From Phoronis australis (lineage: Eukaryota; Animalia; Phoronida), in contig NMRA01000048.1 in NCBI GenBank assembly GCA_002633005.1, positions 501,745 to 561,210 on the forward strand: DNA of 59,466 nt. Direction: 5' to 3'. The notes below the pieces were generated by a model. That model did no database searches and was not told where the DNA came from. It saw only the letters and a list, made by a program, of their open reading frames with translations. Shown here piece after piece: positions 1 to 12,700 of this stretch (the stretch's first letter is position 1; every line of letters starts with the position of its first letter). A program made the position numbers and the translations under genes.

Positions 1-533
1 GTGTTGCTTTTGACACGATAAAACCATTGACCAAATGGAGTTCACTGATTGCTGCATTACAAACGTGATTAAAAACATGACAGTTCCACACCTTGATACA
101 CACTTGCTCTTATTCTCTGAAATTTGGAATCTTCCCGAGTGAAGTTGTAAAGCAAATTGACCTATCACAAGCTCCGCCACAACAAACAAACAATAAGTTT
201 TACCCGGCAATGTGTTGTTTGTTGGGTAAGATGGTGGATAGGAAACGAATGTGTGTCAAGAATGCTGCATTAGGATTGGTCATTTAAGCCGTCATTCAAA
301 ATGCTGGGGATAGGTCAGTTGCCAATAGACATAACAAACAACCAAGTTATACTTATAGTAGCTATATTTGTAGAGCACAAGTCTCATCCTCATGCACATG
401 GCAAAATGGTGGCAGAGGTTTAATTTCAATTTGCGATGATTTCGGTTAACCTAATTAGCATTGTGTAGGTCTTTAAAACCATTTTGTATCGAGGTCCAAA
501 GTGATTGATGACATTGACTGAAGTATACTAGCT

Positions 534-655
534 CATGGGCGGCACAGCCCTGAAAAAGTGGGGGGCTTAAGCCCCCTTAGTCCCCCTGTGCGGCGTAGCA
601 CTGAAAAAAGAGGAGGGGCTATAGCCCCCCAGCCTCCTATGGTGCGCCACCCATG
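534..655. mobile_element. Short GC-rich hAT5-like MITE
   Basis: TIRs CATGGGCGGCAC / GTGCGCCACCCATG with a 5-bp TSD TAGCT. Related copies at 32902-32968 and 38338-38408. Confidence 0.6.
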
Positions 656-734
656 TAGCTTCTTCTGTTGGCCTCTTTATGTTTTAGGAAGTACCCCCCC
701 ANCTACACTTTTATCTCTTGATCTTGTTTTCCAG

Positions 735-3700
735 ACGGCCGCAGTTTGGATATGTGTAGAAACCCACAAGACATGTTCCACATCAGTTCTGCCACACAAG
801 GATAACTGCAAACTGTTATCTACGTGTATCCAGTCATTAGCGACGAATGTCAAACTGTTCACTTTATGTAAGCTTCAGGACTTTTTTCAATTGATTAAAA
901 GACTACTCTACTTCAAATACGACAGTTTTTTCAATCGACTGATATTCTTGTTGTCAACACCCATCACTGCGCGCATTACCCGTTTCCCTTTCCCAAATTT
1001 CTGCTCGTTTTTATTTTTACTCGTGATGTCAAGTGGTCATGTTCAGTGCGTTGTTGCACTGAGAGACAAGCAAATATACAGTTGTTTTAAAGGCGAAGGC
1101 AACCTTTTTGCATGTCATTTTTAGCAAAAATAAGGGTCGTTGATTATCCCAGACATATTTTTTCACCTAATTACAGCTTTTCGTTATCTAATTAATTACT
1201 CGTTCTCTACTCCGGAAGTGAAGTTTTGGGAGGCAAGAATTTCACGCCAATTTCTTTTCATATAGTCCTACTATGAGAGCTGTCAAGTCAGTCATTGTTC
1301 TACCTCGGTTGTGATAAGTTCAGTCGTCGTTTGCTGTTGTTTACGAGTCAGTCAACATGCCACACTGTTTCTGCATACCGGGATGTACTCATTATTGCTC
1401 AAATCCTGTAAGCAGCCATGCTGCGATGTTGAGTAGTGGTAGTGAATACAGGCCCATTTCGACACCCAGTGAACAGGACAGTTCGTCATTCAATGAACAG
1501 ATCGGTGAGCCAAACTTTGATAAGTTTATTGTGGGCATGTCTAGAGTATTGGAGCTATTTAGAAGGTGCCAGATGTGTGGCAAAGGAGTCACACGATGGG
1601 ATGTAAGCAGTTTGTGTGCTCAGGTCACTATCCAGTGGGAATGTGTCGCGGGACACTCGGGCAAGTGAGACAGTTTCTCTGCCGTGAGACGATAATGAGT
1701 ACCCATCGGCTATTACGCATCTACAGTGTGGCATGGTGACTGACTCGAAAACAAAAGCAAACGACGACCGAACTTATCACAACCAAGATAGAACAATAAT
1801 TAACTCGGCAGCTCTCACAGTGAGACTGTATAAAAAGAATTGGCGCGAAATTCTTGCCTCCCAAAACGTCACTTCCGGAGTAAAAGGCGAGGAATTGTTT
1901 AAATTACCAAAAAGCTGTAATTAACTGAAAAATATGTCTGGGATAATCAACGAACCTTATTTTTGCTAGAAATGACATGAAAAAAGGTGTTGCCTTCGCC
2001 TTTAAATTATTTTCATTTTTTATGCTAGTCACTGTTGAGGCATTCCTTCGTCGTTTGGAAACCTTGTAATATTATTCCACTATTTTCATGACGCTTCATA
2101 TCCGGAACAACCAGGCACACAGCAACGCATCATCATACAACCAGGCACACAGCAACGCATCATCATACAACCAGGCACACAGCAACGCATCATCATACAA
2201 CCAGGCACACAGCAACGCATCATCATACAACCAGGCACACAGCAACGCATCATCATACAACCAGGCACACAGCAATGCATCATCATACAACAGACTGACA
2301 CACATGACATCGGCATAGGTCACTGGTCCAAATTATGTTTGCACATTTATTGACAATTGCACCTCTTGTTATAGCTGACTAAAGCATAGAAGCCATCTTG
2401 ACACACAGTGATCATTTGCAAACTACCAAAGCGATCCCAAAACAGTGGTAGCCCCTTCAAGTTTCATCTTTTTTCTTCAGATTAACGTATAATGTTGACC
2501 ATCCTGTTAAATGACTTCATTTGTGTTCAGTTTTGATGTAATTTTCTCCTGATTTTTATGCGGCTTTAATAAAACAAAGAAGTTCATTACGTATTCTATC
2601 AAAACATTTGTGGCAATTGCTGCATGTTTACTTGAAACAACATGCTGTAACCATTAAACCCATCACCTTTCAGGGTCTGATGGTTTATTAAGGTGTATTA
2701 CATCTGCACCATCTGATTGTCAAGTGAAGAGTGATGTGCACAAAGTTCCAGGGGTCAGGGAGGTTGTTGCCATGGTGTCATGCAGCAAGACACACCTTGC
2801 ATTTTGCGGATTAAAAACTGGAAAGGATTCGTCTGGTAAAAGTCAATTTTTTTTGCAACTTTGCTTCAAAATTCTCTCTTATGGTCACAGTTCTGAGGTT
2901 ATGTTTGGGATTTGATTTTAATTATTTATTTAATATTAAAAAACAAATCCCACATTGAGCTATTGGAATAAAGCAGAAATCACAACTTCGAATTAGCATT
3001 GATGACATTTCCCATTGAAACAATCATCAGTGTTTAAGAATGGGAACTTGCAGCTGTGAAGAATTAAAATAAAAACAAAGGGTTGCAGGCTTTCAGATGT
3101 GTCGCTAAATTTGGCTTTAATATGGTACTATTTGGGTTGTTTGCTTGATGATAAACTAGTTTCTTTCTTTTACACTTTACAGAAAGTGTTGTTATCTGGG
3201 ATACAAAGTTTGCCACATGTCAAGCAAGTTTACCATTGTCGACAAACGTTTCTGCATGTAGAAGAGTAAGTTTGTGTATCAGTAAAATTGTACTTGGTTA
3301 TACCAAAGTTCTGTTGGACATATGTTCAACATGAAATGATTGTTCACAACATTTCAATTATCTGGCCACAGATTTGTAGTCGGGATAACATATTATGCTT
3401 GCGAATAGTTCGCAGTCACAACATTTGTAAATATGAGATAATGAAAAATACTATAATCAACATCATGTTTGTCAGTAATGTCTTTCATAACATGTGAATA
3501 TTGTCAATTCCATGCCAGAACAGTGTTCTTCTGTCTATGCGTCATGACTGATAATTATGTGGTAATTGATTTTGTACAGAACAATTTTAGATCCAGTCTG
3601 AATGACTCTGACATTTAAAGCTGCATCTTGCTCTGTTTAGATGCTTAAAAACAAAATCGAATTAATCCTTTTACTCTCTTTAAATTGGTCTCTTAACATA

Positions 3701-6700
3701 TCTTACTGTGATAGGATTCTACTTCTATACTGTCTTACAAAAACATAGAAATCATCAGGTTCTCATGGAGTGGCTTGAGAGTTTATTGGTGTGGGCTAAC
3801 TCTAAAATTGCAAATTCGAAAATGACCCGTCTATGGATTGCCTGTGATTTAAATTGATTAAATAGAATCCTATCATGATAAGAAACATTGTGAGACCGAT
3901 TTGATGAGAGTAAAAAACCCTAATTCAATGTTCGGTTTTTACCAAGTCAAACATGGCAAAATCGCGCTATAAGTGATTGTGTTTGATCACTGTAAACAAA
4001 ATGGAGGCTTACAGCCCATGAATTCTTTCAGATATACTGGGTAGGTGACAAGTTATTTATTCCTCACAAGACATCGTTGCAAGTTTACCCATTTACAACG
4101 AGGCCTTCTACATTGAGTGCAGTGCTGGGCTCAATTCAAAATGTAGATCTCGAGCAGGTGAGCGATTTATGTATTCAATCTTGATGACAAGGACAACTGC
4201 ACGAGGGAAGTATATATCCTTATAGATATGCCATAACAAAATTATAGTAGTAATATTTTTGAACACGTAAGTGAAAGCTCTCGCCTCAAATGTGCAAGCA
4301 GTAAAACTATCTTTCACAAATGTGCATTTTGGCAAACTTTTTTTCCTTTCTGAGGTTGGTTACCCAAAGTGACTTAGTGTTCAGATTGTCCTGTTTTTGC
4401 TATGTGAAAGTCGAATAATTGCATTTTGTTTATGAAATCAAAGCTGTGAACACAGTGTTGAGCTTCTCAGATGCAACAAATAATTCTAGATCCTGCAAAC
4501 GGTTTAGGAGATAAGCCATAGGCACAAAAAAAACTGCTACTAGGAGGTGCCACAATAGTCAAAGTCATCGGAAAATCATCATGAGTCGTCCTCTTCATAG
4601 TAAGAACATACAAGCTAATTTTTACAATCGTCCTTAGAGCAATTTGGTTGATAGAAGAGTGGATGCCCAAAAATGGTAAAAGTGGCCACTAGGTGGTACA
4701 AACTGTGTCGAAGCCATCCGAAAACGGGAGGATAGCGTCATCTCACTAATAGATGCCTATATTCCAAATTTTATGAAAATACTTTGAGGACTTTTGATGA
4801 TACAGTGGTAAACGTAAAAAACTAAATTGCCATTAGGGCACACACCAGTAGTCAGATCCGTCCGAAAGTTCGCTCATGCTGTCCTGTACAGGGGGTCCTG
4901 CGTTTTGAGAACCAGTTTTCTCCACTGAATAACTAGCATCAAACTGGTTCTCAATATCTATGGCTATTGCCCAAATATCAATGAAACTGAGCTTGAAATA
5001 ACTCTTTACTTAATTTAGCAGGTTTATTTATATGATGTCCCCAGCGGATGACAACGAGTTTCAGATGGATCTGAATACCGGTGTGCTCCCTAGTGGCAAT
5101 TTTAGTTTTTTTGGTTTACCTCTGTATCTTCAAAGATACTCAACGGATTTTCATAAAATTTAGCACATAGGAATCTATCAGTGAGATGACGCTATCCTCC
5201 TGTTTTCGGATGGCATTGAGATATATTGTGCCACATAGTGGCCATTTTTGCTGTTTTCGAGTGTTTTTTGGCATCCACCCCTCTATCAACCAAACCATTC
5301 TAAGGATGATTTTGAAAATTGGCGTTCTCAGTGTGAAGGAGACGGTTGTCGATGACAACTTCGACTACCCTGGTGCCTCATAGTGGTAGTTTTGTTTTGT
5401 TTTGCGCCTATAGCTTTATCTCCTAAAACCACTGAAGGATGTTTATTAATTTTAGTAAGTGTATTTATATGATGCTCACAACAGACGGCGTAACCTTTTA
5501 GGCGGATCCAGCGAACACTGTGCCCCCTAGTGGCAATTTCATTTTTTTCTTTTTCTTTTGTTTCTCTGTGGTTCCTTGACAGATTTTTATGAAATTTGGT
5601 AAATAGCTTTCTATTAAAGAAGCAATTGGATGTTTTTGCGCCTTCTAGTGGCCATTTTATTATAAAACTAAACAATCCTGGAAGCACTCCTTGTGCGGTT
5701 CATTCATGGGTGCATTTCAACATAGGCGGATTTAGTGGGGGCCCGGGGTGCCCGGGCCCCCCCTTGGCTGCCGCAAAAAAATTAAACAGCAAGAGTGTAG
5801 GGAAATGTTGAGTTTATTAATTAACCCGGGTAATTAACATTATTCGGCTAAAACAAGATTTAAATGTGTGCAGTGTGATATGTGTTTGGGGGGGCTCAGA
5901 TTCAATTTCAACTGTCAAATTCGGAACATGGCGCAATCGTAACGGAACTATGGCTAAGTATAGGCTCTTCCGCGATATCCCAGACGACCGATAGTGACGC
6001 TGCGCACTACGAATCTGTTTCCGTCGTCTACTTCACTGTGCAATGAAGAAAATTTGATTTCATTTTATAAAGAAAATGGAATCTGAGTGACGATGAAAAA
6101 ACAGAAGCTGCTGGTAAGATATGAATTTTAATCGAAGCCTTAGTGAATCACTCAGAAACTCATAATTCTCTCTTTGTCAAACCTTAACTTAAGACGATTT
6201 TCAAAGCATTAAGCATTAATGCCAACACAAAAAAATAACGGATTTGGTCTTTTGGGCAATTGAAGAATATTTTAAATACAACAAATTTGTTACGAACTGA
6301 TTTCACAAATTATAAAAGGTGTAATAAGCATTACAAAAAGAAGCAGGTTTCACGCGCAAACGCTGTGGACCATAAACAAGTAAGTTTCTTAGAATCAAAG
6401 TACGAGTGAAATCATGGTGGTGCAGTGGTAAAGCGGCCATGCTTAATCCGCCATGTTGTGAGTTCGAGTCTGTGGTAATTGCAGTTTTTCAAGTTTGACA
6501 CCTTCTCTGTTTTTTTTCTTTGCCTTTTTTCTTCATTTTGGATAATACTTCAGAAATCAAGGAAAATGCTTGATTTTTAGAGCAAAAAACAGGAAAAAAT
6601 TTCCTGGCTTGAGGGGGGCAAACCACCCTACCGACCTCCCCCCATTCGGTGTTATGCGCGTCTACAATAATCGTGCTTTGCACAAATGTTTACAGACAAA

Positions 6701-9700
6701 ATGTTGGGCCCCCCTTGTGATATCCTAAATTCACCACCGTTCAACACTTCACGTTGCTCTTGTTAGTGATATTTGGGTAGATGAATTAATATAGTCTTGA
6801 TTTTTATGGTTGTAGAATGAACAAGTAAATGGAGTTGATTTGTTTCGCCAACTAATATCTCAGGAAAAGGTATGTAATCAGTAACGTATCTTATAAATTT
6901 TTCAACTGATTTTAACCATGCAGTATTCTAATTAACCTTGTATCAAAATAATCTTAATGAATTGTGATAGATTTTGTAGTCATTGCTGTGTTGACCTGTG
7001 TTCATGAATGCATTGTTGGCAAATTCGAGATTTTTTGATTGGCTGTTGTCTCTTTTCTGTTAGACCCCAAACAAGACCAAGTTTCACGCGGTGTTCAACA
7101 AGTTCCTCAATCTGTCCAAAACCATAGAAGGCCAACATCTTCTCCAGTCTAACTACAGCACACCTATAATGGAGCGCTGTCTTGCTGAAGAGTCATTCTG
7201 GCCTCGGGATGATGTGGAACAGCTTTTACTTACAGGTCGTGTGTCTCCTAGGTAAGACATTCAGTGTGTCTCCCAGGTGAGACATTCAGTGTGTCTCCCA
7301 GGTAAGACATTCAGTCCCCTGCACTGTACGGGTCTGTTTCATGAAAAGTGACTAAAAACTTAAATCAGAATTTGGTCTTACACTCCACACAACTGGTCTC
7401 TAGAATAAATAATTTAATCTCACAATTACTTGACTAAACCTTCTTGTGAAGTGGGAGTGTAAGACCAAATTTTTTCTGTCTCGCGTGTTAAGTCACTTTC
7501 ATGAAACAGTGAAACAGACCCCTGAGATGCTATTTCTGTCTCATGTGTTAAGTCACTTTCATGAAACAGTGAAACAGACCCCTGAGATGCTATTTCTGTC
7601 TCACATGTTAAGTCACTTTCATGAAACAGTGAAACAGACCCCTGAGATGCTATTTCTGTCTTATGTGTTAAGTCACTTTCATGAAACAGTGAAACAGACC
7701 CCTGAGATGCTATTTCTGTCTCACGTGTTAAGTCACTTTCATGAAACAGTGAAACAGACCCCTGAGATGCTATTTCTGTCTCATGTGTTAAGTCACTTTC
7801 ATGAAACAGTGAAACAGACCCCTGAGATGCTATTTCTGTCTCACGTGTTAAGTCACTTTCATGAAACAGTGAAACAGACCCCTGAGATGCTATTTCTGTC
7901 TCATGTGTTAAGTCACTTTCATGAAACAGTGAAACAGACCCCTGAGATGCTATTTCTGTCTCATGTGTTAAGTCACTTTCATGAAACAGTGAAACAGACC
8001 CCTGAGATGCTATTTCTGTCTCACGTGTTAAGTCACTTTCATGAAACAGTGAAACAGACCCCTGAGATGCTATTTCTGTCTTATGTGTTAAGTCACTTTC
8101 ATGAAACAGTGAAACAGACCCCTGAGATGCTATTTCTGTCTCACGTGTTAAGTCACTTTCATGAAACAGTGAAACAGACCCCTGAGATGCTATTTCTGTC
8201 TCATGTGTTAAGTCACTTTCATGAAACAGTGAAACAGACCCCTGAGATGCTATTTCTGTCTCACGTGTTAAGTCACTTTCATGAAACAGTGAAACAGACC
8301 CCTGAGATGTTATTTCTGTCTCATTTGTTAAGTCACTTTCATGAAACAGAGAAACAGACCCCTGAGATGCAAATTCTGTCTCACGTGTTAAGTCACTTTC
8401 ATGAAACAGTGAAACAGACCCCTGAGATGCTATTTCGGTGTTGAGTAATTTTTTAATTTTATTTCAAATTTCATCTTTTTTGTCAAATGAAGCCAAAATT
8501 TCATTGCTCACTGTTGCAGCAACAAGACACTGTGTCATCTTAGTGTTGGCCTACCAGTCTGTTGCAGCACTGACCAAGACACTGTGTCATCTTAGTGTTG
8601 GCCTACCAGTTTGAGATATAGTGATATGTTAGAAGGTTACAAACTAAATCTTGTGCTCACACTTTGATGTTGGGAGTTGTTGTTGAGTCACTATTCAGTT
8701 GCTCAAGACATCTAGTCTGTCTTTCAATCTGTACATAGTTGCTGTATGAAGTTATTACAATCAGCGAGATGCCGCAAAGATGTCTCCTTGGTTCATACCA
8801 TGCTACACCATGTCCCAGATGTTTCAGAAGATGTCGTCATGCAAGCATTGATGTTCTTCTTTGGGTGAGTCATGTCAGTATGTACTCCATGGTTGATGTT
8901 GGGTGCTCAGTATGTTCTCAGTGGTTGATGTAGGGTGCTTCAGTATGTACTCAATAGTTGATGTTGGGTGCTTCAGTAAGTACTCAATGGTTGATGTAGG
9001 GTGCTTCAGTATGTACTCAATGGTTGATGTAGGGTACTTCAGTGTGTACTCAATGGTTGAAGCACTCTGTTGTGAGGCTGTAACTTCAACTCCTCTTGTT
9101 TGGTTAACTAACTACTGTTTCTGGTGTCATTGCTCAAGTTAAATGGCAAATTGCTATGTACTAGGTTTAGTTTGAAAATCAGCATGTGCCTTGGCTGTTT
9201 ACCAGTTATTACATCATACTTGTGAGAGAACACAGCTTTCTGACATTTTTGGAACGTAGTTACTGCGCCTAACTTCCAGTTTTAGGAATTGTCCTTTTTA
9301 TTTAATTTCATTTTTGGTAATTGCCTGAAAAGCTTTAAAATACCTATTGTTGTATTATTAAAGTAAAATGTGCCAAATTAAACTGAGACGCCTTTTAAAA
9401 CAAGTGTTAGCAAAGGCATCCTGCGTATCACCTGACGAGTAATTAAGATATCAGGATAATATTAATATGCAAAATGCTAATATTCTGACCAATCTTGTAC
9501 GATCACCTTGGTGGAACAGAGCATTACTACAAATCACGTCATTAGAATATTGACTTCTTAGGTAATAAGACAGATCTGCTGTCTGATTTGGAGTCCAAGG
9601 ACAAAAACTTGGTAGTTTGACATCTTAATGTGCATCCACAAGTTAGTGCAGACGATAGATCAGACCTCTGATTTGTCATCAGATGGCACTGTAAGTGAAT

Positions 9701-12700
9701 GCTGTATCAGTTTCATTTTGATTTCCCTCATTGTAGGTGCGATGACGCAGATTGCACAAAAGCCTTGACAAGGATGAAGGTCAAGATGGATGAATTACAA
9801 GACGTGGCTGACATAGACGTTAAATGTCCATTTTCGCTGGCAAAGTGCTACTTCATGTATCCTCAGTAACTGCTAATGGCTGACTAAGGGTTTATTGGAT
9901 GACTAAGGGTTTATTGGCTCACTAAGGGTTTATTGGCTCACTAAGGGTTTATTGGCTCACTAAGGGTTTATTGCCTAACTAAGGGTTTATTGCCTCACTA
10001 CGGGTTCATTGGCTCACTAAGGGTTTGTTGGCTCACTAAGGGCCTATTGGCTCACTAAGGGTCTATTGGCTCACTAAGGGTTTATTGGCTCACTAAGGGT
10101 TCAATGGCTCATTAATATTTAAGAGTTCATTGGCTCACTAAGGGTTCATTGGCTCACTAAGGGTACATTGGCTCACTAAGGGTTTATTGGCATTTTTAAG
10201 TGTTAGTGAAATTCATTACTTCCCTTTTATGTGAGTTAATAATATCCAGGTTAGCTAATTAACCAGTTTTTGTATGGGAGATAAATTTTGACTGAATTTT
10301 GCAATGAAATTGTGAAAATGTGGGGATCTTATTAAGATTTTATTAATAATTCTGTGCAGTGGTTATTTGGCATAATTTAAGGTTAATATGTAGACCTTAT
10401 CGATAAGTCTGTATAGGTTAGCTAAATAATTTAAGGTTATGTAGACCTTATCGATAAGTCTGTATAGTTTTGCTAAACAATTTAAGGTTATGTAGACCTT
10501 ATCGATAAGTCTGTATAGTTTAGCTAAATAATTTAAGGTTAATATGTAGGACCTTATCGATAAATCTGTATAGGTTAGCTAAATAATTTAAGGTTATGTA
10601 TACCTTATCGATAAGTCTGTATAGTTTTGCTAAATAATTTAAGGTTATATGTAGACCTTATCGATAAGTCTGTATAGTTTAGCTAAATAACAAAAAAATA
10701 TAACCCAGTTAACAATATTTTCTAAAATTAGAAAGCTTGCAGACTTCAATTTTTGACTTTTTGCAATCTGACATTCATTGGGGGTACATGACCATGTCTT
10801 TTTAGTAAAATTGAGAAAAAATGAAATGTACATCTATTGCAGAAAAACAGTATCAAAAACATGACAAAATTTTGTTTAATAAAAATGTCTAAGGTGAAAC
10901 CTTAAAAATAATGTTAAGTTTTCTAGATTATCTTTTCATTTTCATTTTGCACTTTTTAAGTTTTTCATTATAATAAATTCTATTTGTGATAGCCCTCATG
11001 CAAATGTGGAAAATTTTAAAAACAATTCCTTTTAAACAGTATTTTTGGAGAACCGAACAAATTATGTTGTCTGAAAGTTTCACATAAATCGGACGGTTTA
11101 TTTCTAAGATGTGATGTTCCAAAATTTGCCAATTTTTGACCATTTTCAAAAGTCCTCCATAACCTTAGGCAGTTTGGGATCAACTTAGATTTCATTTCTG
11201 ATCTAAATGTTATTTTGAACTTAATTCACATTTTATTTAAAAATTGTTGTTGTAATGTTGTCTTAACTTGGCCATCAGTAACCAGGTACTGGTCTTACCT
11301 TACAACGATGTCTTCTTACTAGAAAGTCTACGCAAACTCGACTTCCCATCAGTTTTGGTAAGAATTAAAACAGCATTTTTTGTTTCAATCTCTGCATAGA
11401 ATTTGACTTTTGTTCAAATGAAGTTATATGGTGTTGTACAAAAATGTCCTCTTGCCACAATTTAGCATGGCTTACCATCTTTGAGGCATTTGAAGAAAAC
11501 TTGGTTTAGTTTGAAATCTGCTGTTTCTGAACAATTGATGCCAAATTTTTGCTTCAATTAAGTGGTATCTGCAGTTGCCTACGTCTTTCTGAAGGCATCA
11601 ATGAGAAAGTTATTTTGCTCGTGGGAATTATCTTAGATTCTTAATTGGTTTTCCTATTTCAGTCAATACTCGGGTACCAGCACTACTTGCTCAGTTCCCT
11701 GTCTGCAGTGTTAACCAATCACAAGACATCTACATGGCCTTCCCTTCTTTGTGTAAGTACACATATCCAACTGTTGATCATAATTTGATTGACGTTAAAC
11801 ATGAATATCATTGGACTGCAAATGGAATGAGTGAAGGTATTTTAGTGTATTTACTCTTTTATTGTGCTGCCATGTCCATTGAATGGGTTTTAATGAAGAT
11901 AACTTTTAGGACAGTGAATGCAGTTAATATTGTGGCTGTCATCCTGATGGGGAATAGGTTGGTTCCATTCATAACCAGCAGATGGAGTAACTGCTAATAT
12001 ACAATTCCACATGCTTTATACGATTGATTTCTTTCCTTAAGCAGCTTTAAATTTACTGGAGGTGAGGATGTTTTATACATTAAGAAGTTGCTTGTTTATT
12101 TCAATGCAGGCAGTTGATTGGACATGCCTGATCTGTGACGCCCACATGACCCAGCTTATACTATCTCCTGATGCTAGAGAGGTTCTATTAAATCTGCACT
12201 GTATTGTTACCTCACAGGTAGGTAGACAAGTCATGGACAGTGCAGAGAAAGTACTTAGTTGCTGAAACCAAAATCTCATTGATTGCAAATTTAAATCCAG
12301 CATTCTGACTCTTTAAACACTATAACTGAAGGTCAAATTCAGCACTTCGACGTATTACAGCAATTATCCAGTTATTACGCACAAAAATAATTGCCAAAAT
12401 TGTAATTTTTTTCCAGTTAAAGGAGAATGCCACCCAATTTAATTAGTCTTTTTTAATGTCTTAATTGGTCTATATCCACATCGCCTCTTATATAGTTGAC
12501 CTCACCTAGCCGAGAGGTGTCGCGTTAACCTGTTAGGTAGGTGCGAAACGACGCAGCAACGTGTATTGGTTCATCTACAGAGTGAATGACGCTATATTGT
12601 GATGCTTCGTTCGTGCTTTTCCGAACTATGAAGCTGCGGGTATATCATTTTTTCAACTTCCTCAAGAGCCTGAAATGCTTAGGAAGTGGCTGGCGGTAGT

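Larger units (their letters stand above)
9857..11278 (+). other. U12-type (minor spliceosome) GT-AG intron in NOL11
   Basis: 5' splice site GTATCCTC at 9857; branch point TCTTAAC at 11261-11267, about 12 nt before CAG (11276-11278); no polypyrimidine tract. The reading frame is maintained across the junction. Confidence 0.85.

Noticed and set aside
558-1124. 188-aa ORF
   Set aside because: Chimera of a MITE, an N join, one NOL11 exon and intron sequence.
7446-8444. 332-aa ORF of 20-aa repeats
   Set aside because: Stop-free frame of a 60-bp minisatellite derived from a MITE end inside a NOL11 intron.
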